DNA of 64,000 nt from Candidatus Sungiibacteriota bacterium (GCA_016180435.1 JACPBG010000001.1:136358-200357); one strand, 5' to 3'. Positions 18,826 to 28,461 are shown, numbered from the stretch's first letter. Numbers and translations are program-made. The notes: a model not told the origin generated them from the letters alone.

Positions 18826-18995
18826 ATAAGAAAACCTATAACGGCCACTGCCAGGAATCCCGCCAGAATCAAAGAGCCGATCGCCGGGCCAGCCGCAACT
18901 GTCTCTCCGGCATGCTCTTCTACCTCCTCACCCGCGTGCGCGAGAACAACGGAAACCGGAAGTAAAAAAATAATTGCTGAAAAAAATTTTCCCAT
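18804..18995 (-). CDS. Small exported/membrane protein with signal peptide, acidic His-containing segment (HAGEEVEEHAGE) and C-terminal TM
   Basis: 63-aa ORF overlapping its neighbour. Confidence 0.35.
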   Translation of the reverse strand: MGKFFSAIIFLLPVSVVLAHAGEEVEEHAGETVAAGPAIGSLILAGFLAVAVIGFLIWIVVKK

Positions 18996-19248
18996 GTTAT
19001 TAAATGCGTGGGTTTACCCCACACTTAATTTTAACTGCCGCTTTCGTTTCCATCCAAGGCAAGATGAACATCTGTTAAGAAATGCGGGCGTATCACACCA
19101 GCTTACTCTGGACGGCACGAAAACGGCCTGCCCGCCATATGCCCGTCTCACAAGTAAAGGCGTTACTCGAAACTTCACTGCAGTACTGAACCCCGTCTTA
19201 ACTTCATATACAGGCGTATGGCAGGCGGGTTAAAATTAAGTGTGGGGC

Positions 19249-20373
19249 CTACATCGCCGGGGCAAAAAACGGAAATGTAAGAAGACCCCAGAGGATAAAA
19301 ACAATAAATAATATCGCAAAAGTCCTACGCGACATTTCTTTTTTTTTCTTGAAATAATACCAGATAAGAACGGCTGACGGCACAATCAGATTAAACCAGG
19401 CGCCAAGCCAAAAGAGAGGCACCATCTCTTCCACCAAAGGAATCGCCGCTTCAGCTATCCGCTTTCCACCGATATCACTTACAAAGCGATTCAGTCCTTC
19501 ATGAAAAATAGAGCCCTCGTACCACATGTGCCCGAAAATGCCGTTTAATATGATAAAGGACGAAATTCCAACTAATGCCCAACCGGTAATTTTATCTACC
19601 ACGGCTTTACGTTTGATCAATCCACCGGTGGCATTAACCCCTAATATGCCAAGAACCGAAAAGAAGAGAAGGGGTAAAACTCGTCCCAAACCATTTACCG
19701 CCATGTACCAGGCGCCCACGGCAATACTGCCTGTTCCAGCCGCGGCAGTCAATATCAAGTATGTTACGGGATTGGGACAACCTACACCGGCATTGCCCAG
19801 AAAAAAACCCAGAAACAAGGCCTTAAAATAATCAGGCTGTTTCTGAATAAACGACGGCATGCCGGTATAGGCGGGCATCTTGAAACCAATTAAGGCAAGC
19901 TCGGACATGCCGAAAATAAAAGCTGCAACTCCGGCTATAAAATAAAGAATCCGGGTCGCGCTATCCAATCCTAAATATTGGCCCACCATGGCAATACCGG
20001 CTCCATAAACCGAAAGCATGGCAATCAATCCAACCCCAAAAAGTAAAGCTATGGTCAAGCCTTTACGGTAACCCTTGCCCATAGAAAGCGGGACTATAAT
20101 AAAAACCAGAGGCAAAGTGCAGGGCAACACAATATTGGAGACACCTCCGACGAAAGAAAGAATAGTGGTCAGCGTTTTGGCGGGGGAAGTTGCCAGATAG
20201 GTAAGAAAAATTATTATGGCTGCGAGCATAGCAAAAGCCAGCCCAACAAAAAACATTTTCATTTTCTGTGTTGACTGCGGCGATATTTCTTCCGGCAAAG
20301 ACGCGGCTGTTTCTTCCGGCGAAGGTGTGATTGTTTTGTTGTCCATATTAAGACCCCTAATTATATCCCGCAA
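19249..20373 (-). CDS. CcdA/DsbD-like thiol-disulfide transmembrane electron transporter with extra C-terminal TM helices
   Basis: Two conserved TM cysteine motifs, LPCTLPL and GCPNPV, as in the CcdA/DsbD core; 374 aa. The true start is probably the MKMFFVGL Met. Confidence 0.6.
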   Translation of the reverse strand: MRDIIRGLNMDNKTITPSPEETAASLPEEISPQSTQKMKMFFVGLAFAMLAAIIIFLTYLATSPAKTLTTILSFVGGVSNIVLPCTLPLVFIIVPLSMGKGYRKGLTIALLFGVGLIAMLSVYGAGIAMVGQYLGLDSATRILYFIAGVAAFIFGMSELALIGFKMPAYTGMPSFIQKQPDYFKALFLGFFLGNAGVGCPNPVTYLILTAAAGTGSIAVGAWYMAVNGLGRVLPLLFFSVLGILGVNATGGLIKRKAVVDKITGWALVGISSFIILNGIFGHMWYEGSIFHEGLNRFVSDIGGKRIAEAAIPLVEEMVPLFWLGAWFNLIVPSAVLIWYYFKKKKEMSRRTFAILFIVFILWGLLTFPFFAPAM

Positions 20374-21353
20374 CCGCTTCCTCCGCGCGACGGCGCGTCA
20401 CTTTCCACTCCGCATCCCCCGCTCCCTCCGCGCTGCTCTTTCGGCTGAACAACTTGCGCCGCGATCCTCGCATATCCTTGAGAGCTGGAATAATTGATTC
20501 CAAGAACTTCCTGCGGATTCACGTCCTGCCACTCAATACCCTTATTATTTTTCATATAAGTTGCAATAGTGAGATATGTGTCCGGAAACCAATAGGCATT
20601 CACCTGCAACGCGACTTTATACATCATCTGCTCGCTCACGCCCTGGGATGCCATTAGTTCAAGAAGCCCGAGCATGGCCATGCCGTGATTGCAATCCGGG
20701 AAATGGGTTGAATTTCCGCAACACGGCCGGTATATGCCGCGCGACACCTTGTCCACTAAGGCCTGCTGTTCCGGCGTCAAAACTATGAAAGGATGCCGGC
20801 TGTAATGCTCCATGGCATTACCGCGGGATAATGTCCAGCCGCCGGTAGATGCAAAATTCTCCGCTCCGCCATAACGCGAGTCCGCCATCTCACCGCTTTC
20901 CAAAATATTATTCTTTGTCCCGAGTCCCAATGCCCAAAACATATTCAAAATCAAACCGGAGTTTTCGGAAGTAATTTTAAGATTGCTGTTTGATTCGCCA
21001 TAAAGTAACCTTTTTATTTCACTATTTAACCCGCCTCGACCCGCATAAAGCTGTTCAAATTTTTGAGCGTCAATCACCCCAACGCTTACCATTTTAGCGC
21101 CAAGATCGCCCCATCTGACCGGCAATACCACGCCGTCTACAGGCAAAACTTTTTCTTCAAGTTCCGATACCTCGGTTTTGGGAGTAATATCTTTTTTGGG
21201 GGGGGTATAAGCATTCCTGGGGCCGGAGGTATAAACCCACGCGCCGGCGATAATAAGCGCTGCAGCGACAATATATACACCGAGGTGCTCATTATTTACG
21301 CCCGCCTTTTCATCCGACATTTTGAGTTCCATATTTTGTTCTTCATTTTTCAT
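20361..21353 (-). CDS. Hypothetical exported protein: N-terminal TM anchor, CCGNSTHFPDCNHG motif, Gly/Cys-rich C-terminal tail
   Basis: 330-aa ORF whose 3' end overlaps the CcdA-like gene by 13 nt. Confidence 0.45.
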   Translation of the reverse strand: MKNEEQNMELKMSDEKAGVNNEHLGVYIVAAALIIAGAWVYTSGPRNAYTPPKKDITPKTEVSELEEKVLPVDGVVLPVRWGDLGAKMVSVGVIDAQKFEQLYAGRGGLNSEIKRLLYGESNSNLKITSENSGLILNMFWALGLGTKNNILESGEMADSRYGGAENFASTGGWTLSRGNAMEHYSRHPFIVLTPEQQALVDKVSRGIYRPCCGNSTHFPDCNHGMAMLGLLELMASQGVSEQMMYKVALQVNAYWFPDTYLTIATYMKNNKGIEWQDVNPQEVLGINYSSSQGYARIAAQVVQPKEQRGGSGGCGVESDAPSRGGSGCGI

Positions 21354-21479
21354 CCCGTTAGAAATTTGCCTGCCCCGTAGCGAACGCGTAGCGTTCTGCT
21401 ACTGGGGTTTGGACATATTATTTATGTTTCGAAGTCCGACTTAAATAGCACGCTATTGAAGTCGGACTTCATTAAGCTA

Positions 21480-22250
21480 TTATTTCAGCCAGCCGGTTAT
21501 CGTCTGAACAAGCTGATTAAGATAAATGTTTATTTTTATTTGAAATTCTCCTCCGCCCATCGCCAGCTGGTTTGTTATTGCGAGGTATAAGATAAAAATG
21601 CCCATCAAAAAGAAGGTTATGCCGGATATCACATCGGCTATCGCAAGATTAATTTGCCTCGCGCCGATTGAATAAGACAGGCGTTTATTTGATTCCATAA
21701 GTTTTTTAGTGAAGTTGTTTTTATCCAGGAGATGGGCAATCAGGAAAAGAGGGGCAACCATTCCTAAAACATAGGCAAGAGCATAAACCCCTCCCCAAAA
21801 AATGGAATTAGGCAAAACAGATAAAGCCACAACACCGGCCAAAACCGGAGCACAGCACATGGTCGCAAATCCCGAAAAAATACCGAGTGTAAAAACCGAG
21901 CCCGCACTATTGATTTTTAATTTCGGACTAACGGAAAACGGCATTGAAAAATGCTGCCCCAGCAGTATCAATGCCCCTAGAAATAAAAGGAATATTCCTC
22001 CGGCAATAAATATCGGATCGTGATATTCACTGAATAACTTCCCGAGGCCAGCCGCCCCCATACCCAGCGGCAGGAACACCGCGAGAAGTCCCAGGAAAAA
22101 TACAAAAGTCATCCAAAACACTTTTTGTTTTTCCCTGAAAATAGAACCCAAATATGAAGGCAGTAAAACAGTGATACAACAAGGCGCAAAGAGCGCCGCT
22201 ATTCCGGCGATAAACGCGGTTATAAGCGATGCGATAATTAATGTTTCCAT
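21480..22250 (-). CDS. DsbD_2/MerT-like membrane protein with two Cys-Cys-x-Pro TM motifs (internal duplication)
   Basis: FAPCCITVLLP and FATMCCAPVLAG. The track start at 22283 is non-ATG and lies inside a repeat, so the start is moved to the METLIIAS Met at 22250. Confidence 0.5.
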   Translation of the reverse strand: METLIIASLITAFIAGIAALFAPCCITVLLPSYLGSIFREKQKVFWMTFVFFLGLLAVFLPLGMGAAGLGKLFSEYHDPIFIAGGIFLLFLGALILLGQHFSMPFSVSPKLKINSAGSVFTLGIFSGFATMCCAPVLAGVVALSVLPNSIFWGGVYALAYVLGMVAPLFLIAHLLDKNNFTKKLMESNKRLSYSIGARQINLAIADVISGITFFLMGIFILYLAITNQLAMGGGEFQIKINIYLNQLVQTITGWLK

Positions 22251-22267
22251 GATTATTGAATCCTCTC

Positions 22268-22367
22268 TAGACCTACTGCACAAAGATTTTCGTCACGAAA
22301 TTTAAGAATTTCGAGGCAAAATCGCTGAACAAACTTTGCGGCCTATCGCTTAGATAAGCCAAAAAGC
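22268..22367. repeat. MITE-like family B, copy 1 (left arm plus centre); overlaps the 3' end of the thioredoxin-like gene and provides its stop codon
   Basis: tagacctactgcacaaagattttcgtcacgaaatttaagaatttcgaggcaaaatcgctgaacaaactttgcggcctatcgcttagataagccaaaaag is near-identical to the first 100 nt of 53158-53321. Confidence 0.7.
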
Positions 22368-22918
22368 GGGTCATCCAGCGTAAATCTGATTATCCCGTTT
22401 TTATCAATAATAAAATAGGTGTGGCCGGGAAAACCGCCCGGATGCATTGATGAATTTAAGTATAACACATCATACGCCCGAGACACGGAGCGCGCGGCGT
22501 CAAAAAGAATTTTGGATTTTGCCAGATTCGGCGATTTACTTACGATTTCCTGCCATTGACCCTTAGAATCGACAACAATGGAGAAAGCCGCTACATTTTC
22601 GGTATCAAATCTGGGATCATTACCAAACCCCGCTATCTGATCCCAACAAGCCGGATAACACATCGCCCCCTCATTAAAGAAAAGCACTACGTTTTTACCG
22701 AGATAATCGTTTAATTTAACTGTTTTCCCGTCAATACTTTCCAGCGCAAAGTCCGGAGCTTTTTTGCCCACCGCATCTTTAAAAACCAATTTTTCTTTAG
22801 AATTTACATCATTCGTGATGGCTAAATTTATATCGGGACGGTTTCCTCCCGCGGTGAAGATAAGAAATCCGCCGATAATAATTGCCGCTGCGCTTATAAT
22901 TATTGTTTTTTTACCCAT
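22343..22918 (-). CDS. Thioredoxin-fold thiol-disulfide oxidoreductase (TlpA/ResA/redoxin-like), N-terminal membrane anchor
   Basis: KAPDFALESIDGKTVKLNDYLGKNVVLFF..CYPAC (CxxC) layout typical of TlpA-like redoxins. The C-terminal FGLSKR* is encoded by repeat B. Confidence 0.65.
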   Translation of the reverse strand: MGKKTIIISAAAIIIGGFLIFTAGGNRPDINLAITNDVNSKEKLVFKDAVGKKAPDFALESIDGKTVKLNDYLGKNVVLFFNEGAMCYPACWDQIAGFGNDPRFDTENVAAFSIVVDSKGQWQEIVSKSPNLAKSKILFDAARSVSRAYDVLYLNSSMHPGGFPGHTYFIIDKNGIIRFTLDDPLFGLSKR

Positions 22919-22924
22919 AGTATT

Positions 22925-23033
22925 TAGAACTTACGCGTTTAAATGAAAAGACCCGCTTTTGTCATTCCCGTGAAAACGGGAATCCAGTATTTTAGGCATA
23001 TATCGGGAATGACATTAAACGTGTAAATCCTAA
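22925..23033. repeat. MITE-like family C, copy 1
   Basis: acttacgcgttt...gtcattcccg..cgggaatccagtattttaggc is shared in inverted orientation with 27691-27824. Confidence 0.65.
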
Positions 23034-23117
23034 TATTGAAGAAATTACAAGAATAAAAAATCTCCGCTCAAGGAGATTGAAAAGGCGCGCGACATAAAAC
23101 CAATTCGACAAACGGTT

Positions 23118-23546
23118 TTACCCCGGCGCCTTAAAAAAAGATGGGCTATTTTCATGGAGCGCAAGCCAGCGAATGAATTTCCGATGGCGCGAAGAAACGG
23201 GCCATTCCGATAAATGGCGGTTTGAATAGATACCAATCAAAGCGGGGCTATGCCAAAAATTCCCGGCACCGAAAATCCAGAAAGTTAAAACCGACATCAG
23301 GAAAGCCGCCAATATGCCTAAAAGATTCTTTGCAAAAGTGGCGGTTAAAATGCTTTTCAACGCATCAAAATGGAAATTCAGAAAAACCAGTGAAACGGTG
23401 TCTTCCGGGCAATCAATGCCTTTGGCGGCGGAGGCAATACACCCCTTATGGCTGTTGTCGGAACCGTGATCCATGGCAAACACGCCGGCATTAGCAATGC
23501 CCATGATACTTAAGATTACTATAGCCGCAAGAATAATTTTTATCAT
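23118..23546 (-). CDS. Hypothetical exported/membrane protein (signal peptide, two Cys, HGSDNSHKGC segment)
   Basis: 142-aa ORF directly downstream of the giant surface protein gene. Confidence 0.35.
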   Translation of the reverse strand: MIKIILAAIVILSIMGIANAGVFAMDHGSDNSHKGCIASAAKGIDCPEDTVSLVFLNFHFDALKSILTATFAKNLLGILAAFLMSVLTFWIFGAGNFWHSPALIGIYSNRHLSEWPVSSRHRKFIRWLALHENSPSFFKAPG

Positions 23547-26500
23547 CTAATTATGGATAACAGCTTATTTAAATCCTCCGTCAGAATTCTTAATGCCTCG
23601 GCCAAACTTGCCGTCTGCGAAGAATTCGGGGCAAGCAAAATAGACCCTCCTCCGCCTCCTCCACCGCCTCCGCCGCTGCTTGCTACCACGATACTAAACC
23701 CAACGCTGTTGGTGTTTACGCCTCCGACGCATTCTTTTGACGCGTCGCAGAATAATATTAAGTAATCGCCGGCGCCTCCTTCGTTAAAAATTCCCCATCT
23801 GTTCAAGAAAATATATGTATTGGTATTTAACGCGATGGACGCGCTGGCCTGAATCAGCGTCCTTACATTATCTTTATTTCTTACCGCGTAAATATCAACC
23901 GGATAATAAGCTGTTTTGCCGTCAGCCCGGCTGGAAGTTAAAACAAGAGTGTCAGTCGGCGCGTAAGTAGATTTATCCAACTTCATAAAGAAGCCCGGAT
24001 AAGATGACTGTAAGCTCACAATGCTAAACGGCGCGTTGCTCATATCGCTATTGCCAGTTTCAGTTTCAAGGATTAAAATCTTGTAATCGCCAGGACTCAA
24101 TACCCTTTGTAAATTGCCTTGATCACTTGCGACGATTACCTGTCCAACTGGCCAACTAAAAACTTGTTTGTCTGCAGCAATACCTTTAACAGTTGCAATA
24201 TTGCCTTGCCCAAAACCGTTTTTATCCACAACACTTATCGCGTATGTTTTCCCGAAGCTTCCAATCCAAGTAATTGGTTGCGCCGCACCTATCTGAAATT
24301 GCTCTCCCCCATTCGGAGAAAGAACGGTGATGGAGGGTTGGGTCGCGGCCGTGACAATCTTAAAGTATGAATCGCTTCCGTCAAAAAGAGTTAGGCTATT
24401 ATATGAACTCTTTATTTCCAACGTATATGCTCCGTCAGGAATAGAGGATGGAATGGGAATCTCCTCATAACCGTCGTTAATCGTATTATTGATGAGATAA
24501 TATTCAACTCCGTTGTCGTATCCTCTTAAGCGAATTAAATCTAATACTGCCGAGGATGAAACTCCTGAAGTAGTCCACTTTGCGAAAATGATGCCATCTT
24601 TGCCATTTCCTTTATAATACGTCTCCCCTCCATTCGGCGAAAGAACGGTAATGGAGGGTTGGGAGGTTGGCTGATTAACCGTAATCTGGAATTGTTTTGA
24701 AGCTGATTTCCCGCCGGAGGTTACGGTAACTGTAAATGTATAAGTGCCCACGGCTGTCGGCGTTCCAAAAATAACTCCGTTGGTAGAGCAGCTTCCCGCG
24801 CTATTGCAGGAAACAGGAGAAGTTGAAATCGTTAAACCCGGCGGCAAACCGATTGCGGTCCATTTAGCATCTGATCCGATCCCTGAAGCAGTAATGTTAG
24901 GTTGAGGATAAGCAACTCCCACAGTGCCGGTTGGCAAATCGGCGGCATTAATAATAATTATAGGAACTGGCGTTGGAGCCATAATACTAAACGGAGAATT
25001 TGATGAACTTACTGACGGCGCTGTTTGTCTGACGATTTGAATGTAGTAGGACGTTTCCCCAGGGGCGAGCGGCCCAAGTTTTCCGTCATATAACGTACCG
25101 ACGTTCCAAACAAATGATGTACCATAAACCTGGTTTGCAATAATTCCGTACGCGCCTCCATCTTTACGCACTGCAAAAACTGTATAGTATACATTGCTCG
25201 CATACGCAGAATCCGTCCATTGAATGGTCTGATTTGTTCCTGATTGCCACGCGTGTCCATTCGGCACAGTAACGGTGATGGAGGGTTGAGTATAAAATTT
25301 CTCCAGATAATTTTCCGTCACCCAGCCGTCCGCTCCGGAATCAAAATCTATATACCACCACCAATAACCATTTACATAAATAGGATAGGTAGCGAGGTTA
25401 AGAGGTGAAGGAGAAATAGTGCCAAGAGCGCCAACGGCTTGGGTGCCGCGGATTGGACTGGCAAAATTTGACAAAGACGGAGTGCCCCGCACATTAACTA
25501 TAGCGGTGGTTTTTACCCTATCGCCGATTTGAAATCTTGCAGAAGGATCTATAGTAACCGTCATGCTTGTTTTGGCGATAAGGCCCTGGTTGTCGGTCAC
25601 ATAGAAAACCGGGGTATATACACGGGAGTTAGCGTAAGAATGAGTAAATGTCGCGGTTTGTTGAACCGGAGCCAATGAAAGCGGGACCGGAGAAGGAGAA
25701 GGCATTGGTTGAACCGCTTCATCTCCCCAAACAACCGAATACGAAAGCGGCCCATTTTCCGGATCATACGCACTAACACTCCATGTGCCGGTTTCTCCGA
25801 CTTTCAGCGCAGTCGGACCTTTGACTCCGGAAATAACCGGTGCTTGATTATTAATCGGAGGCGGTGTTGGAAATGGAGTGGGGAACGGCGGAGGAACTTC
25901 AAACTGCGAAAGATTAATTGTCGCAAAAGTCACTCTGCCCGCTCCTATAGAAACATCGGTTTTATTTTTATCATATCCTTTCGCGCTTGCAACAATCGTA
26001 TATTCTCCCGCGCGTAAATTCTCAAAAAACGCAACTCCGCGTTCCGTGGTCTGCGTTCCGATCAGCGTGCCGGACGCGTCATACAAATCAACCGTTGCGT
26101 GATAAATTGTCCCGCAAGGCGGAAGAATTATTGAGGGTCCTCCGTCTGAATGTCCTCCGCCCGAGCCGCCACTCTGAATTTGTTGTAAGGAAGATGACGA
26201 TAACACGCACATTATATTCATACCATTCACACTGACCTGTAAGGATCCGTAATTTTGCGCGGGCCTAGAAAGATCGCGTATAATCAACGCTTTAATGTTC
26301 TGACTACTGTTAGTGTAGGAGCCGTAAATATTCAAAATATCCCCAACCGCTATCTCGGAAAGCGCCATGGAAGTCCTGTCTCTTTGCAAAATGGCTGTTT
26401 GTGAAGTTACTTCAATTAAATATTTCCTGATAGCCGGATAATAATCGGGACTAGCTCCCATGGCTCCCGCGCCTGGTTGTGGCTGCTCTTGAATTTCCAG

Positions 26501-27265
26501 TCCCATGGGACAGGGCAGAGTAACGCCGCTATTTGGATTATCACTAAAATCACGGCAAGGAGAAAAGTATTTATTCACAACCGTAAAACTTGCGGGCGGA
26601 ACTCCGGAAGAGGGCGCAGACAACACTTCCATATTATTTAATTGGATAAAACTCAATCTGACGGGCTTGGTAAGATTCCTCACAACCAGAGCGTCTATGG
26701 AAGAAACTCCGGAATTCGTAAATCCATATACGTTTATGCGGTTTCCGACTTCAAAATCAGACAAAGAAGCCCTTTGCCGGTTTCGCAGCAATAATCTTGT
26801 ATCTGAATCTAATTGGATCGTGTAAAGAACGGATGGCGAAAGCGGGCAGGGGTATTCAACTCCACTCGCGCTTTCGGATTGAAATTTTTGACACCTAACT
26901 CCGACTTCGTAAGATGCTTTGATTTCAGCCGGGAAAGACGGACCGGAAACGCTGCGGACAATAAGATTATTGAACTGCACAATATCATCAAAATCGTCGT
27001 CAAAATCAGGGGGTGGAAAAGGCGGCATGTTTGGCATGGGTACGGATAATAATGTGGGGCTACCCGCCGAACCGCTTCCGCCAGCGACGCCCCCGGCGCC
27101 GGACTGCGCTTGGCTTTGCGACGCTTGTAATTGCTGAACTTTCTCCATAAGAACTTTAAGTTGAGCCTGCAGAGCCGCAATGGTTTCTACATTGATCTGG
27201 GCATAAGTCCAAAAAGGCGCGATCAAAACTGCGCCAAACCATAAACTTATTATATATTTTTTCAC
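23543..27265 (-). CDS. Giant secreted cell-surface protein (1240 aa) with repeated Ig-like/beta-sandwich modules
   Basis: Signal peptide MKKYIISLWFGAVLIAPFWTYA; Gln/Ser/Gly-rich linker; PPFPPPDFDDDFDD; three internal repeats beginning QPSITV(L/T)(S/V)PNG; Pro-rich PFPTPFPTPPP; Gly-12 run near the C-terminus. Confidence 0.65.
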   Translation of the reverse strand: MKKYIISLWFGAVLIAPFWTYAQINVETIAALQAQLKVLMEKVQQLQASQSQAQSGAGGVAGGSGSAGSPTLLSVPMPNMPPFPPPDFDDDFDDIVQFNNLIVRSVSGPSFPAEIKASYEVGVRCQKFQSESASGVEYPCPLSPSVLYTIQLDSDTRLLLRNRQRASLSDFEVGNRINVYGFTNSGVSSIDALVVRNLTKPVRLSFIQLNNMEVLSAPSSGVPPASFTVVNKYFSPCRDFSDNPNSGVTLPCPMGLEIQEQPQPGAGAMGASPDYYPAIRKYLIEVTSQTAILQRDRTSMALSEIAVGDILNIYGSYTNSSQNIKALIIRDLSRPAQNYGSLQVSVNGMNIMCVLSSSSLQQIQSGGSGGGHSDGGPSIILPPCGTIYHATVDLYDASGTLIGTQTTERGVAFFENLRAGEYTIVASAKGYDKNKTDVSIGAGRVTFATINLSQFEVPPPFPTPFPTPPPINNQAPVISGVKGPTALKVGETGTWSVSAYDPENGPLSYSVVWGDEAVQPMPSPSPVPLSLAPVQQTATFTHSYANSRVYTPVFYVTDNQGLIAKTSMTVTIDPSARFQIGDRVKTTAIVNVRGTPSLSNFASPIRGTQAVGALGTISPSPLNLATYPIYVNGYWWWYIDFDSGADGWVTENYLEKFYTQPSITVTVPNGHAWQSGTNQTIQWTDSAYASNVYYTVFAVRKDGGAYGIIANQVYGTSFVWNVGTLYDGKLGPLAPGETSYYIQIVRQTAPSVSSSNSPFSIMAPTPVPIIIINAADLPTGTVGVAYPQPNITASGIGSDAKWTAIGLPPGLTISTSPVSCNSAGSCSTNGVIFGTPTAVGTYTFTVTVTSGGKSASKQFQITVNQPTSQPSITVLSPNGGETYYKGNGKDGIIFAKWTTSGVSSSAVLDLIRLRGYDNGVEYYLINNTINDGYEEIPIPSSIPDGAYTLEIKSSYNSLTLFDGSDSYFKIVTAATQPSITVLSPNGGEQFQIGAAQPITWIGSFGKTYAISVVDKNGFGQGNIATVKGIAADKQVFSWPVGQVIVASDQGNLQRVLSPGDYKILILETETGNSDMSNAPFSIVSLQSSYPGFFMKLDKSTYAPTDTLVLTSSRADGKTAYYPVDIYAVRNKDNVRTLIQASASIALNTNTYIFLNRWGIFNEGGAGDYLILFCDASKECVGGVNTNSVGFSIVVASSGGGGGGGGGGSILLAPNSSQTASLAEALRILTEDLNKLLSIIR

Positions 27266-27440
27266 TGTGAATATGCGGAACTGACGCCCCCCCCCGCTAA
27301 AGCGAAAAGAACAGGTCGCCGGTTCCCATTAAAATATTGATAATGGTGACCAATTTACTGTCTTGACAAGTAGGACCACTTCAGTCTAATCATAAAGCCA
27401 AGAAAATAAACAGTCAATTAACTCGCTTTTCCGTCCGACA

Positions 27441-27644
27441 CTATATACAGCTGCAATGATCTTCGGATTGTCCACATGCCTTGCATTTTACCCTAAATTT
27501 ACCGCCGCCCATACATTCTTTCCAATGAAACGGATCATAATGACCCGAGGATTTACCGCATTTCGGGCATTTCATTCCCTCGCCTTCTCCGCCGCAATGA
27601 CTACAGTGCTTGCTGGAAATATGATGTTTAATATGTTCTGTCAT
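27441..27644 (-). CDS. Small Cys/His-rich putative metal-binding protein (tandem CxxC zinc-ribbon-like motifs)
   Basis: 67 aa with 10 Cys and 8 His: HCSHCGG...CPKCG...CKACG..HCSC. Confidence 0.45.
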   Translation of the reverse strand: MTEHIKHHISSKHCSHCGGEGEGMKCPKCGKSSGHYDPFHWKECMGGGKFRVKCKACGQSEDHCSCI

Positions 27645-27690
27645 ATTTTTAACTATACCATAGCTTGATATAAATAAAAGCTTACTATTT

Positions 27691-27824
27691 TAGGACTTAC
27701 GCGTTTGATGTCATTCCCGACTTGATCGGGAATCCAGGAAACCCATATTTGCCTAAAATACTGGATTCCCGTTTTCACGGAAATGACAAAAATGGGTCTT
27801 CCCATTCAAACGCGTAAGTCCTAT
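27691..27824. repeat. MITE-like family C, copy 2 (full palindromic form)
   Basis: Terminal inverted repeats aggacttacgcgtttga / tcaaacgcgtaagtcct; inner inverted repeat gtcattcccg / cgggaatgaca. Confidence 0.65.
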
Positions 27825-27908
27825 ATTTAAAAGAATTACAACACTTGATTAAATGTGCCTAATATAGTAAGCTTATGCATATAATTTCCGGAACCGAAGG
27901 AAAGAAAA

Positions 27909-28358
27909 ATGAAGAAAGTTCTTTTTTTTATAAGCGCATGTCTAGTTTCAATTTTTATGGCGTCCATGGCGGCCGAAGGGCAGATTTACAAAAGAACGGT
28001 AAACGGAATTGAGGAGTATGAATGTTTACTTCTCAACGAAACGAAAAACTACATCGTCATAGTGATTGATGGAAAACGGGTGGGTACTCTTAATCCGGTT
28101 GAAAACCACCCGAATACCTACGATCGGTCGGCTCAAAAAATATGGCTTTCCCTCGGACCGCATGTAATGACTGCGTTCGGTTATCCCTCTCAAGCAAACA
28201 TTACCAGAGAGAAGCCCTCGGTTCAGACCAAAGAACATATTTTCGACATCAGCAGCCGCATAGACCGAAATCCGAATCCCAACGGATCATACAATCTGCC
28301 AGCATTCATTCTGGAAGATATCCTTTTCAAACCATATCAATCAACCCGCCACCACTGA
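27909..28358 (+). CDS. Hypothetical secreted protein
   Basis: 149 aa with N-terminal signal peptide. Confidence 0.4.
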   Translation: MKKVLFFISACLVSIFMASMAAEGQIYKRTVNGIEEYECLLLNETKNYIVIVIDGKRVGTLNPVENHPNTYDRSAQKIWLSLGPHVMTAFGYPSQANITREKPSVQTKEHIFDISSRIDRNPNPNGSYNLPAFILEDILFKPYQSTRHH

Positions 28359-28461
28359 TTCTAATGCGCCGCCCATAACAAAAATGACTTCCGCTTCCGG
28401 AAGTCAATTTTTTATCCCCACACCTTCCCGGAATACCCAGCAGCTTGCTACGGGATGAATG

